Shown here piece by piece: positions 1 through 7,456 of a stretch of DNA of 40,318 bases. The notes under the pieces were generated by a model. That model was not told the origin of the DNA, did not search any database, and saw only the letters and a program-made list of their open reading frames with translations. The translations under genes and the position numbers were made by a program. This DNA is from a virus (lineage: Duplodnaviria > Caudoviricetes): IMG/VR virus record IMGVR_UViG_3300008255_002541, positions 1-40,318 of that record, one strand, 5' to 3'. Within the stretch, counting starts at the first letter, position 1, and each line of letters begins with the position of its first letter.

Positions 1-382
1 CGCACTGGAGTCACCCGTCCCGATACTGTTGTTTTGCCCGAAGTGCGGACTCCAACATGTGGATACGGCAACTTCCGACTGGGACAATCCTCCCCATAAA
101 TCCCATCTTTGTCTTGGGTGCGGATACATTTGGCGTGTGTCCGATAGGCCGACTGTCGGGGTAGCTAGAATCAAAACCCGAGGTGATGCCGACAGCGCGG
201 AGTCACCCGTCCTATCGGATGAGGTGGCGCAGTTGGTGGCGTGGCTGAAATGGATAGCGGGTTCGCTTGGTCGTGCTCGCGAGAAAAGCATGGCGTCTCA
301 TGTCAACGATGCCGCCGCGCTGATCGAGCGGCTGTCCCGGCAGATCAAGACTCTCAAGAATCAACAACCGAAAGGAGACTAA
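1..382 (+). CDS. Partial hypothetical protein with a Cys/His zinc-binding module
   Basis: The frame is open from position 2 (ALESPVPILLFCPKC...), so the start lies upstream of the window. Contains CPKC..H and H..HLC.GC motifs; stop TAA at 380-382. Confidence 0.7.
   Translation, partial: ALESPVPILLFCPKCGLQHVDTATSDWDNPPHKSHLCLGCGYIWRVSDRPTVGVARIKTRGDADSAESPVLSDEVAQLVAWLKWIAGSLGRAREKSMASHVNDAAALIERLSRQIKTLKNQQPKGD
7..212 (+). repeat. 14-bp direct repeat GGAGTCACCCGTCC (7-20 and 199-212)
   Basis: Two exact copies 192 bp apart, in frame, both encoding ESPV. Confidence 0.85.
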
Positions 383-383
383 C

Positions 384-536
384 ATGTGGCAGGCTTTCGT
401 CGAATCCAAGAAGGGCGTAACCATCATCGAGTACGGACTCATCGGCGGTATCATTGCCATCGGGCTGGTCGCGGTCCTCGGCGACATTGGCACCGGACTC
501 AACACCGTGTTCACCACGATCAGCACCAGCGTTTGA
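384..536 (+). CDS. flp: Flp/Tad family type IVb prepilin (50 aa)
   Basis: Translates as MWQAFVESKKG|VTIIEYGLIGGIIAIGLVAVLGDIGTGLNTVFTTISTSV. Has Gly-1, Glu+5/Tyr+6 (Flp motif), a hydrophobic helix and a C-terminal Phe. RBS AAAGGAGA at 371-378, ATG 384, TGA 534-536. Confidence 0.93.
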   Translation: MWQAFVESKKGVTIIEYGLIGGIIAIGLVAVLGDIGTGLNTVFTTISTSV

Positions 537-544
537 CTTACGGC

Positions 545-575
545 GAATGCCGGGGATCACAAGTCTCCGGCATTC
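545..575 (+). promoter_or_regulatory. 13-bp stem-loop directly after the pilin gene (mRNA stabiliser or weak terminator)
   Basis: GAATGCCGGGGAT-CACAA-GTCTCCGGCATTC with two G-U pairs and no U-tract. Confidence 0.55.
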
Positions 576-604
576 ACAGCAAGTTAAAGGGAAACACTCA
601 ACAC

Positions 605-973
605 ATGCCTATCATTGACCTCGGGAATGGACTCAAGGTGAACGCCAACGGTCCCGCATTTCCCGGCAACACCACGCCGATCGGATGGCTGACTCGCGAC
701 GCTGCCTGCCAAGCCTTGTGGTATTTCTACAATATCGCACGCGAACGCAAGGCAATCGTCGGCAATTCCATCGACGATCAAATCATTCTTGAGGGGCAGG
801 ACTGGTTGCATACGTACTACCGTCAGCAGATGACGACTGTATGCAAGATATACGGTGTGACTCCTGAAGAAATGTACAAGTTCTGGCCCGCGGTTCGGCT
901 GGAAATTGCACGACTCAAGTGGCCAGAACCGCCAGCAGAAATCATGAACCTTAACGAAAGAAATGTGCAATGA
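605..973 (+). CDS. Hypothetical protein (122 aa)
   Basis: ATG 605 (MPIIDLG...) after AAGGGAA. The upstream part of track ORF 386..973 overlaps the pilin gene and is unlikely to be translated. ATGA overlap with the next gene. Confidence 0.75.
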   Translation: MPIIDLGNGLKVNANGPAFPGNTTPIGWLTRDAACQALWYFYNIARERKAIVGNSIDDQIILEGQDWLHTYYRQQMTTVCKIYGVTPEEMYKFWPAVRLEIARLKWPEPPAEIMNLNERNVQ

Positions 974-1341
974 GTCAGAAATCAAACGTACCCAACAGAC
1001 CGATTGCCGACAACGAAGGCAGCCAGCTATCGGGGAATCTCCTGTACTGGGATGACTTCGCAACGCTGACGCGGGGGTCTACCCTCACACGAGTCATCGA
1101 AGATGCCAACATGGCAGAGACGGACGTGGCGTTTGCGGCCCGCGCGATCTTGCGGCGGACGTACAGCGACGGAGTCTACGCCGCGCACGTTACCGGCGAA
1201 GTCACTGAGCGCATGGTGATTGTGCGGCGGGGGCAGGTGATCGTGAACACCGAGTTCGTCGCGCCCTTGCACGAGTTCCTGAAGCACTCCCGCATCACCA
1301 AGCGGATCGTCGAGGAGTCGATCTATGCCCCAACTCGATAA
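970..1341 (+). CDS. Hypothetical protein (123 aa)
   Basis: ATGA overlap with the previous gene and a short overlap with the next. Confidence 0.75.
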   Translation: MSQKSNVPNRPIADNEGSQLSGNLLYWDDFATLTRGSTLTRVIEDANMAETDVAFAARAILRRTYSDGVYAAHVTGEVTERMVIVRRGQVIVNTEFVAPLHEFLKHSRITKRIVEESIYAPTR

Positions 1342-2404
1342 CTTGCCGGATGCACAGCAGCTTGTAAAGGTTCTCAACATTGGGTTTTCCAAAGCAGGAA
1401 AGACTCACTGGACCATGCAGGCTGCCGAGCAGGGTTTCCGTTTGATCTTCCTCGACGGGGACCGCTCGTTGGCCACCCTCAATGCGCTGAGTCCTGAGGC
1501 CAAGAAGCGTGTGTTCTATGTGGACTGCCATGACACGGCAGGCCGGGCACGATTCGCAACTATCGTCAACAACATGTTCACGTCGCCGGTGTTCACATGG
1601 AATGATACGAAGCAGCAGCAAGTTGCGCCGTCTCAGCAGCCGGAAGTTGGCGACACCATCTGGGAAATCCGTCTGGACCAGGTTGACTCCCGCGACATTC
1701 TTGTCATTGACACATGGACGAGTCTGTCGTATTCGTGGCTCAGCGATGCGGCGGGCGGTGCAATCAATCTCACGAATGAAAAGATTGATCGCGGGGTGTA
1801 CGCCGCCAGCGGGAACCGCGCAACGTGGGCATTGAATCTGCTGTGCAGCGTACTGAAGTGTCACGTTGTGGTCAACGGCCACCCGGACGAGTTTCAGAAG
1901 CTGCGGAATCCTGAAGGGAAGCTGAAGAACCAGACGGAAACCGACAAGATTGTCGAGTGGACTCGGTCGATTCCCGCCAGCGTCAGCAAACCGCACGGTT
2001 CCCGCATGGCCAAGCACTTCACGGACGTGTTGAATCACCGCATCACCGCAGGTCGGGATCGGAAGATTGATTCCCGCTCGTTCGATGATGAAGATGGCGG
2101 CGGAGTCTGGAACGACTTCGAGGCGGCAAGTAAACGCACGTTCTCGGACCTCGCGAAAGCTCGCGGAGTCACACTGCCGGGCAAGGACGCACCGTTCTCG
2201 AACGCTATCACCGTCTATGAGTGGACGGAGGAACGCGCATCCGGGGGCGTGAAGGGTCCGGTGAAACAAGTCGCCACGCCAGTTACCGGCGGAACCGTGA
2301 AGGTGGCGATGCCGACGGTAATCCCCGGCAGCAAGGCAGACGGCGAAGTGAATCCCGTCAAGCCGAAGATGCCTGTGGGTATCGCCGCGTTGATGAAGAA
2401 GTAA
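1325..2404 (+). CDS. P-loop ATPase, Sak4/AAA_24-like ssDNA-annealing protein
   Basis: N-terminal Walker A GFSKAGKT and Walker B-like ILVIDTWT; RBS GAGGAG; lies next to a DUF669-like SSB gene. Confidence 0.75.
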   Translation: MPQLDNLPDAQQLVKVLNIGFSKAGKTHWTMQAAEQGFRLIFLDGDRSLATLNALSPEAKKRVFYVDCHDTAGRARFATIVNNMFTSPVFTWNDTKQQQVAPSQQPEVGDTIWEIRLDQVDSRDILVIDTWTSLSYSWLSDAAGGAINLTNEKIDRGVYAASGNRATWALNLLCSVLKCHVVVNGHPDEFQKLRNPEGKLKNQTETDKIVEWTRSIPASVSKPHGSRMAKHFTDVLNHRITAGRDRKIDSRSFDDEDGGGVWNDFEAASKRTFSDLAKARGVTLPGKDAPFSNAITVYEWTEERASGGVKGPVKQVATPVTGGTVKVAMPTVIPGSKADGEVNPVKPKMPVGIAALMKK

Positions 2405-2509
2405 AACACGAGATTCCCCGAAAGGGGATTGCGGCCCGGCGCATCCGGGACAACAAAGCAAGTAGCATGTAGTGAATCACACAGCATTTGCAATCGAAGG
2501 AACGAGTAC

Positions 2510-3001
2510 ATGAGCGAAGGTATGAGTCTTGCCGATCTGGCCGGTGTTGACATGGGTCAGGTGGATGCGGTTCGTTTCGAGAATCTCCCCGCCGGTGCCT
2601 ATGTTTTCAAGGTGAACGAAGCAGTCATCACCACCGTCGGCGCCGAAGAAAAGCCGGTCGTGCGATTCTCCATGGAGGTCGTCGAGTGCGTCGCCCTCAA
2701 TGAGGATCAGCGCGATCCTGAGTCCCTCGTCGGCCGCAAGTATCAGGAGATGATTTTCCTCAAGGAGGACACGCTTCTGGCAGACCTCGGCCGAGTCCGT
2801 GCCATGTTGCAGGACATGGGATTCAAGAACGAAGGGCCGCTCGGTGGGCGCCCGATGGACGGCAAGACGGGACTCCTGGATGAGATCGCGGAAGCGGAAC
2901 ATGTGTTTCCGGCCCGCGTGAAAATCCGCAAGGACCCGAGGGACTCCACTCGCGAGTTCGCCAACTTGCAGTTCGAGAAGCACAAGGCCGAAGCCGCCTA
3001 A
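2510..3001 (+). CDS. Putative single-stranded DNA-binding protein (DUF669-like)
   Basis: FENLPAGAYVFKV N-terminal motif typical of this family, located downstream of the Sak4-like gene. ATG 2510 after AAGGAA. Confidence 0.65.
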   Translation: MSEGMSLADLAGVDMGQVDAVRFENLPAGAYVFKVNEAVITTVGAEEKPVVRFSMEVVECVALNEDQRDPESLVGRKYQEMIFLKEDTLLADLGRVRAMLQDMGFKNEGPLGGRPMDGKTGLLDEIAEAEHVFPARVKIRKDPRDSTREFANLQFEKHKAEAA

Positions 3002-3022
3002 CAACCGGCGTCAGTTTTGTCT

Positions 3023-3057
3023 CGCCGGGGAGTGGATGTGTGCTTCGCTCCCCGGCG
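3023..3057 (+). terminator. GC-rich stem-loop after the SSB gene
   Basis: CGCCGGGGAG / CTCCCCGGCG perfect 10-bp stem, extendable with G-U pairs; weak U-tract. Confidence 0.5.
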
Positions 3058-3083
3058 TTGCAAAGATGATGGAGGGAATCAAA

Positions 3084-3425
3084 GTGCGCGTGCTTGTTTG
3101 TGGCGGCAGAGACTTCAGGGACCGTCAACATGTGTTCAGCGTTCTTGACGCAATACATGCAAAGACTCCTATTACATGCATCATCGAAGGCGGTGCATCC
3201 GGTGTTGATTCGATGGCGCGCGTATGGTCCACATCACGAAAGGTTGGACTGGCCGAGTATCCTGCACTTTGGCATAAGTATGGGCGCGCTGCCGGGTACA
3301 TCAGGAATGGGCAGATGTTGAATGAAGGATTCCCTGATCTTGTGGTGGCTTTCCCCGGAGGCGCGGGGACAAGAAACATGATAGAGCAAGCGCGAAAGTG
3401 CAATGTTCCGGTAGAGTTAAGGTAA
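3084..3425 (+). CDS. SLOG superfamily protein (DUF2493/YspA-related)
   Basis: Motifs VLVCGGRDF, IIEGGASGVD, YGRAAGYIRN.QM and VAFPGGAGTRNM. GTG start 7 nt after GGAGGG. Confidence 0.88.
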   Translation: MRVLVCGGRDFRDRQHVFSVLDAIHAKTPITCIIEGGASGVDSMARVWSTSRKVGLAEYPALWHKYGRAAGYIRNGQMLNEGFPDLVVAFPGGAGTRNMIEQARKCNVPVELR

Positions 3426-3440
3426 CTAAGGAAATCAAAG

Positions 3441-3638
3441 ATGGTAAAGAAACTCTATGACTTCAAGGATGTGGTCGTGCTGCGCGAAACCCCGCGCGCT
3501 GTTTGCATCCTGAGTCCGTTGGACAACAAGACAGAAGTGTGGTTGCCGCTGTCGCAGGTGGAGATCGACTACACGGAACCGCACCTTGCGGACGTAACGA
3601 TTCCTGACTGGCTCGCAGACGAGAAGGATTTGCTATGA
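3441..3638 (+). CDS. Small conserved phage protein
   Basis: RBS TAAGGA; ET..A...VWLPLSQ...IPDWLA pattern seen in small phage proteins. Confidence 0.75.
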   Translation: MVKKLYDFKDVVVLRETPRAVCILSPLDNKTEVWLPLSQVEIDYTEPHLADVTIPDWLADEKDLL

Positions 3639-3961
3639 CTGAGCGCATCTTCAAATTGATTGACGGCGTGACCGTCCTGCTTACATCGCGGGGCGCCACC
3701 GAGGAAACCCCGCTTGTGCATGATGACATGAATCATGTGTACTTCGGCAGGCTCGTGAAGCGCACGCAAGTGTGGCGGTACTACAAGTTGCTGGCGAACG
3801 GTCTGACGCTGCGAGTGGACCCGAAGGGAGGGATTGTGCACTGGCGGATTCCGCACCCGCAGCGTGCCTTGTTCAGCGAGGCGGACACCTCTGCTTGTGT
3901 CGGCAGTCTTTCCGGGGCGCGCCCGTTGATTTACATCGGGGAGCCGCAAGGGAATGAGTGA
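3635..3961 (+). CDS. Hypothetical protein (108 aa)
   Basis: ATGA overlap upstream and a short overlap with the polA start. Confidence 0.7.
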   Translation: MTERIFKLIDGVTVLLTSRGATEETPLVHDDMNHVYFGRLVKRTQVWRYYKLLANGLTLRVDPKGGIVHWRIPHPQRALFSEADTSACVGSLSGARPLIYIGEPQGNE

Positions 3962-6533
3962 GTTAGCTGCGCCGCCGCGAATCCTGTATTACATGGACAA
4001 GTCAGGCATCGCGTCTGGCTACCAACTCCTGTTCCAGAAGATGCATCTTAAGGCTGGAATCCAGCCCCGCGAAATCATCCCGATGAATGTCTACTCGTCG
4101 GGTGACGATGTTGTGAAACGCAAGGACGCGAAAAGCAGCACGTGGGTGTTGAATCCTGAGAAGGCCGACCTTGTTGCCAGTATGTTGCGGCGGGATATTG
4201 CACGCCTGAATCCCAGTATGCTTGTGACAGTTTGCCCGGCGGTGGCCGGTGTTGTATCAGGCGGCTACACATTGGAGCAAGCGCGCGGAGGAGTCTATGA
4301 CTTTGAAGGCATCCCGGTGGTGTGCACCTACCCTATCAACGCGATTCATCGAAGAAAAGATGACAGGGATCAGGACGAGGAAGGCGTCAGCAAGTACTCA
4401 GTCAAGTCAGGAGAATGGATTCTGGCGCAAGACTGGGGTAAGATTGGACGCATTTTCTCGGGCAAGCAGCGGAAGATTCCCGCCTTCAATTACAGCATCG
4501 TTCGCACGCTGGCAGATGCCGAGTGCGCTGAGCGGTTCCTTGCTGATTGCCTACTTATATCGACTGACATTGAGACAGTGGGTGCACGCACCCGTACAGA
4601 ACTTTCGTGCACTGGGTATACCGGAGTCAATGCGTTGGGAGTTTGCCGAACGTTTGTATTCCCACTGTACGACAGATTTGTCGACGGACATTGCTACTGG
4701 GACTTGGAAAGCCACGTTAAGATTTGGGAGTGCATCCAGCGAATCAACTCCATGAAGGCGTATTTCACGGCGCACAATGGCTCATACGATATGCAGTATC
4801 TTGTGCGGGACAACGCGCCGGTGGACAACTACTTGCTGGATTCCAGTAACATGTGGCATGCCCTGTATCCAGAGCAAAAGAAGAATCTTGATTTTGTCAC
4901 GTCAATCTGGCAGGACTCCTACCAGTACTGGAAGGCAGACATCAAGGGACTGGACGACAAGGACGAAACCAAGCGAGATACCAGTATGGAAAAGTACTGG
5001 CGATACAACGCGCTAGACTGCTACTGGACTCTGTGGAACACGGCCTTCATGCTGGTCGCGATGCGGCAGACCCCTTGGTATCAGCAGAATTTTCGCAAGG
5101 AATTCATGTTGAATCTTGGCGCGATCACTATGTCCATGCGCGGCGTGAAGGCAGACAAGAAACGACTCATGGATCACAGGCTGGACCTCGAAGAAAAGGC
5201 CAGTGCTGCACGCGTGCGATTCAAGTACCTTGTAGCGGACGAGGACTTTAACCCCAACTCGCCGCAGCAGGTGCAGTGGCTGTTGTATCAATTCCTCGGG
5301 GTGCCGGAACGCAAGGTTCGTGGCAAGACTGCATCGACCGATGAAGCATCGTTGAAGCTGGCGCGGCTGGATCACCCATTGTTCGCGGTGTTCATTGACG
5401 CACTGTGGGAAGCGAAGAAACCGGCGAAGCAGATCTCCAACATCTGCGATATGCCGATTTATACGGATCGTTTTCGCACCGCGTTCGGCGTCTCGACGGA
5501 AACGTGGCGACTCAATTCCCGCAAGAGCGTATTCTGGGACGGAACCAACGCGCAGAATATTACGAAGAAGATGCGGGACTGGCTAGTTGCGGACGAGGGG
5601 TATGTGCTGTTCGACTTCGACTACTCGCAGAGTGACGCTGTGTTTATGGCGTTCGAGTCGAATGACCCCGAGTACATCAAGACAATGACGGACAGCAGGG
5701 ACTCACATGCCGTACACGCCGAGGAATTCTTTCAAGTACCCTATGACAAAATCGTCAGAGGTAAGAAAGCTGACGATCCTTTCATCACTCACCCGACTAA
5801 TGGGATCAGGAATCTCGCTAAGAGAGTCGTGCACGGGAGTAATTTTCAGATGGCAGCCACGACACTTTACCTTACTATGGGTAAAGAGGCAGTCATTGCA
5901 GCAGCTGAGGCATTGGGTCACAAGGATGCAGCAGCCTGGCCTGAAAAAGCACTCATTGCACTCTGCGACAGGCTACTCCAAGCGTACCTGAGGAAGTACC
6001 CCGGACTCACGAAGTTCTTCACGACGATCAAGCAGATGCTGAAAACTGGCGGCACCGTCGAGAACGCGTTCGGCATGAAACGAATCATCATGGGGGATGT
6101 GAACGACGGAACCACGCAGCGGGAGGCCACCGCCTTCTTTGGGCAAAGCGATACCGCAGGTAATATGAATCGCTGCATCGAAGAAATGCTGTTCGGCCAC
6201 ATGCAGGAACGTTTCCGCGACGGCCCGAATCCGCATTTCAACGAACCTCCAATCATGTTGATGCGCGACCCCGACTTTGAGTTGCTGCTGCAAGTGCACG
6301 ATTCATTCGTGGGCCAAGTGAAGATTGAGCGGGCGCATGAGTTGCTAACAAAACTCTTGACAGTCATGCAGCGCCCGGTCATTATTAATGGTCACGAAGT
6401 TGTCGTGCGCGCAGAAGGCGAAGTTGGATTCAGGTGGTGCAAGGACATGATTCCCTTTAACCCCAACGATCCAACGTCGTTAGATGACTTGGTGAAATCT
6501 CGTAAAACTCTCTCCTTGCAAGGAAGGAACTGA
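3954..6533 (+). CDS. polA: Family A DNA polymerase with a 3'-5' exonuclease domain and a degenerate N-terminal UDG-like domain
   Basis: Exo I DIET, Exo II HNGSYD, Exo III YNALD; motif A DYSQ, motif B RNLAKRVVHGSNF, motif C LQVHDS. Confidence 0.95.
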   Translation: MSELAAPPRILYYMDKSGIASGYQLLFQKMHLKAGIQPREIIPMNVYSSGDDVVKRKDAKSSTWVLNPEKADLVASMLRRDIARLNPSMLVTVCPAVAGVVSGGYTLEQARGGVYDFEGIPVVCTYPINAIHRRKDDRDQDEEGVSKYSVKSGEWILAQDWGKIGRIFSGKQRKIPAFNYSIVRTLADAECAERFLADCLLISTDIETVGARTRTELSCTGYTGVNALGVCRTFVFPLYDRFVDGHCYWDLESHVKIWECIQRINSMKAYFTAHNGSYDMQYLVRDNAPVDNYLLDSSNMWHALYPEQKKNLDFVTSIWQDSYQYWKADIKGLDDKDETKRDTSMEKYWRYNALDCYWTLWNTAFMLVAMRQTPWYQQNFRKEFMLNLGAITMSMRGVKADKKRLMDHRLDLEEKASAARVRFKYLVADEDFNPNSPQQVQWLLYQFLGVPERKVRGKTASTDEASLKLARLDHPLFAVFIDALWEAKKPAKQISNICDMPIYTDRFRTAFGVSTETWRLNSRKSVFWDGTNAQNITKKMRDWLVADEGYVLFDFDYSQSDAVFMAFESNDPEYIKTMTDSRDSHAVHAEEFFQVPYDKIVRGKKADDPFITHPTNGIRNLAKRVVHGSNFQMAATTLYLTMGKEAVIAAAEALGHKDAAAWPEKALIALCDRLLQAYLRKYPGLTKFFTTIKQMLKTGGTVENAFGMKRIIMGDVNDGTTQREATAFFGQSDTAGNMNRCIEEMLFGHMQERFRDGPNPHFNEPPIMLMRDPDFELLLQVHDSFVGQVKIERAHELLTKLLTVMQRPVIINGHEVVVRAEGEVGFRWCKDMIPFNPNDPTSLDDLVKSRKTLSLQGRN

Positions 6534-6536
6534 ACT

Positions 6537-6767
6537 ATGGCGTTTCAAACCTACGCTGACGTTACCGGAGTCGTTGACGGTACTGCCGCTGGTGAAGTGG
6601 CCGCCCTCGGCGTGCTGCTTCTGGCAGCGATTCCCGATCCGGATACTGCCCCGGCCAATCAGGGCGTTGTCGGTCACCTCGACCAGATGACTCCCGTCTG
6701 CGCTTCGCAGTTGCGGGCGGAAATCACCGCGCTGCTGGCAGCGGTCGCGGCGGCACCGACGGTGTAA
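6537..6767 (+). CDS. Small Ala/Val-rich hypothetical protein (76 aa)
   Basis: RBS AAGGAA, fills the gap after polA, and is followed by a terminator-like hairpin. Confidence 0.75.
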   Translation: MAFQTYADVTGVVDGTAAGEVAALGVLLLAAIPDPDTAPANQGVVGHLDQMTPVCASQLRAEITALLAAVAAAPTV

Positions 6768-6785
6768 CGAACAGCATACCGCATT

Positions 6786-6818
6786 GGGGTGGGGAATCGC
6801 AAGGTTCCCCACCTTTCT
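6786..6818 (+). terminator. Rho-independent terminator
   Basis: GGGGTGGGGAATC-GCAA-GGTTCCCCACCTT followed by TCT; GNRA loop. Confidence 0.7.
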
Positions 6819-6838
6819 GTGATACCAAGGGGAAGAAG

Positions 6839-7456
6839 ATGGCAAAAATTATTGTACTTTGTGGCCCGCCCAAAAGTGGGAAGGACACGTTCGCAGGGTG
6901 GATTGATTCATACAAGCGAAAGCAGGAACCGCACGCGTCGATAGTTCACGTGCGCCTTGGGCTGCCGTTGCGCGAAATAACTCACGCGCTGTTCGGCGTG
7001 CCCGGTTCAGTCATGCAGTTTGAGCATACCAAGGATGCCCCGTCGGCGTACTTTAACGGCATGACTCCACGCGAGGCGTACATTTGGGTGGACAACGCTA
7101 TCGTGCGCCCGACCTTTGGCAACTCTCATTATGCCAAAATCACGTTGAGGCGTTTGACAAACGTACACGAGGATACGTTGATGGTTATCAACGGTCCACG
7201 GGATCATGAAGATACACAGCCATTCATCGACGAGTACGGCAAGGATAACGTGCTTGTGCTGAATCTGCATCAGGAAGGCACAACGTGGGAAGGCGATTCC
7301 CGCAGCTACCTGCCCTTGAATCTCGTTCCAATGATGGTGGACTTTCATGTTGCGCCCGGTAAATTCGACTTCACAAGAGAATCCCTCATCGACCTCTACC
7401 GGTTCTGGTCCGCCGGGAAATTCCAAGAAGGATTCAGTCCGACCGAGTGGCCGTGA
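6839..7456 (+). CDS. Deoxynucleoside monophosphate kinase-like P-loop protein
   Basis: N-terminal IIVLCGPPKSGKDT, plus PLRE and MTPRE segments typical of phage dNMP kinases. Confidence 0.75.
   Translation: MAKIIVLCGPPKSGKDTFAGWIDSYKRKQEPHASIVHVRLGLPLREITHALFGVPGSVMQFEHTKDAPSAYFNGMTPREAYIWVDNAIVRPTFGNSHYAKITLRRLTNVHEDTLMVINGPRDHEDTQPFIDEYGKDNVLVLNLHQEGTTWEGDSRSYLPLNLVPMMVDFHVAPGKFDFTRESLIDLYRFWSAGKFQEGFSPTEWP

Noticed and set aside
212-560. Minus-strand ORFs 212..526 and 354..560, and the 5' part of + ORF 386..973
   Set aside because: They are shadows of the real Flp pilin gene at 384-536, which has the RBS and the family motif.
1295-3004. Long antisense ORFs (1295..2461, 2477..3004; likewise 10259..11245, 31338..32021, 34263..35003)
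   Set aside because: They lie opposite well-supported genes, show no motifs, and are expected from GC-rich codon bias.
3954-6533. PolA as a DpoZ-type polymerase of a 2-aminoadenine genome
   Set aside because: No purZ, datZ or mazZ-like gene is in the window, and unusual motifs alone are insufficient.
7405-7425. Programmed -1 frameshift fusing kinase and helicase at GGGAAAT
   Set aside because: The helicase is in the +1 frame relative to the kinase, so a -1 slip would not join them.
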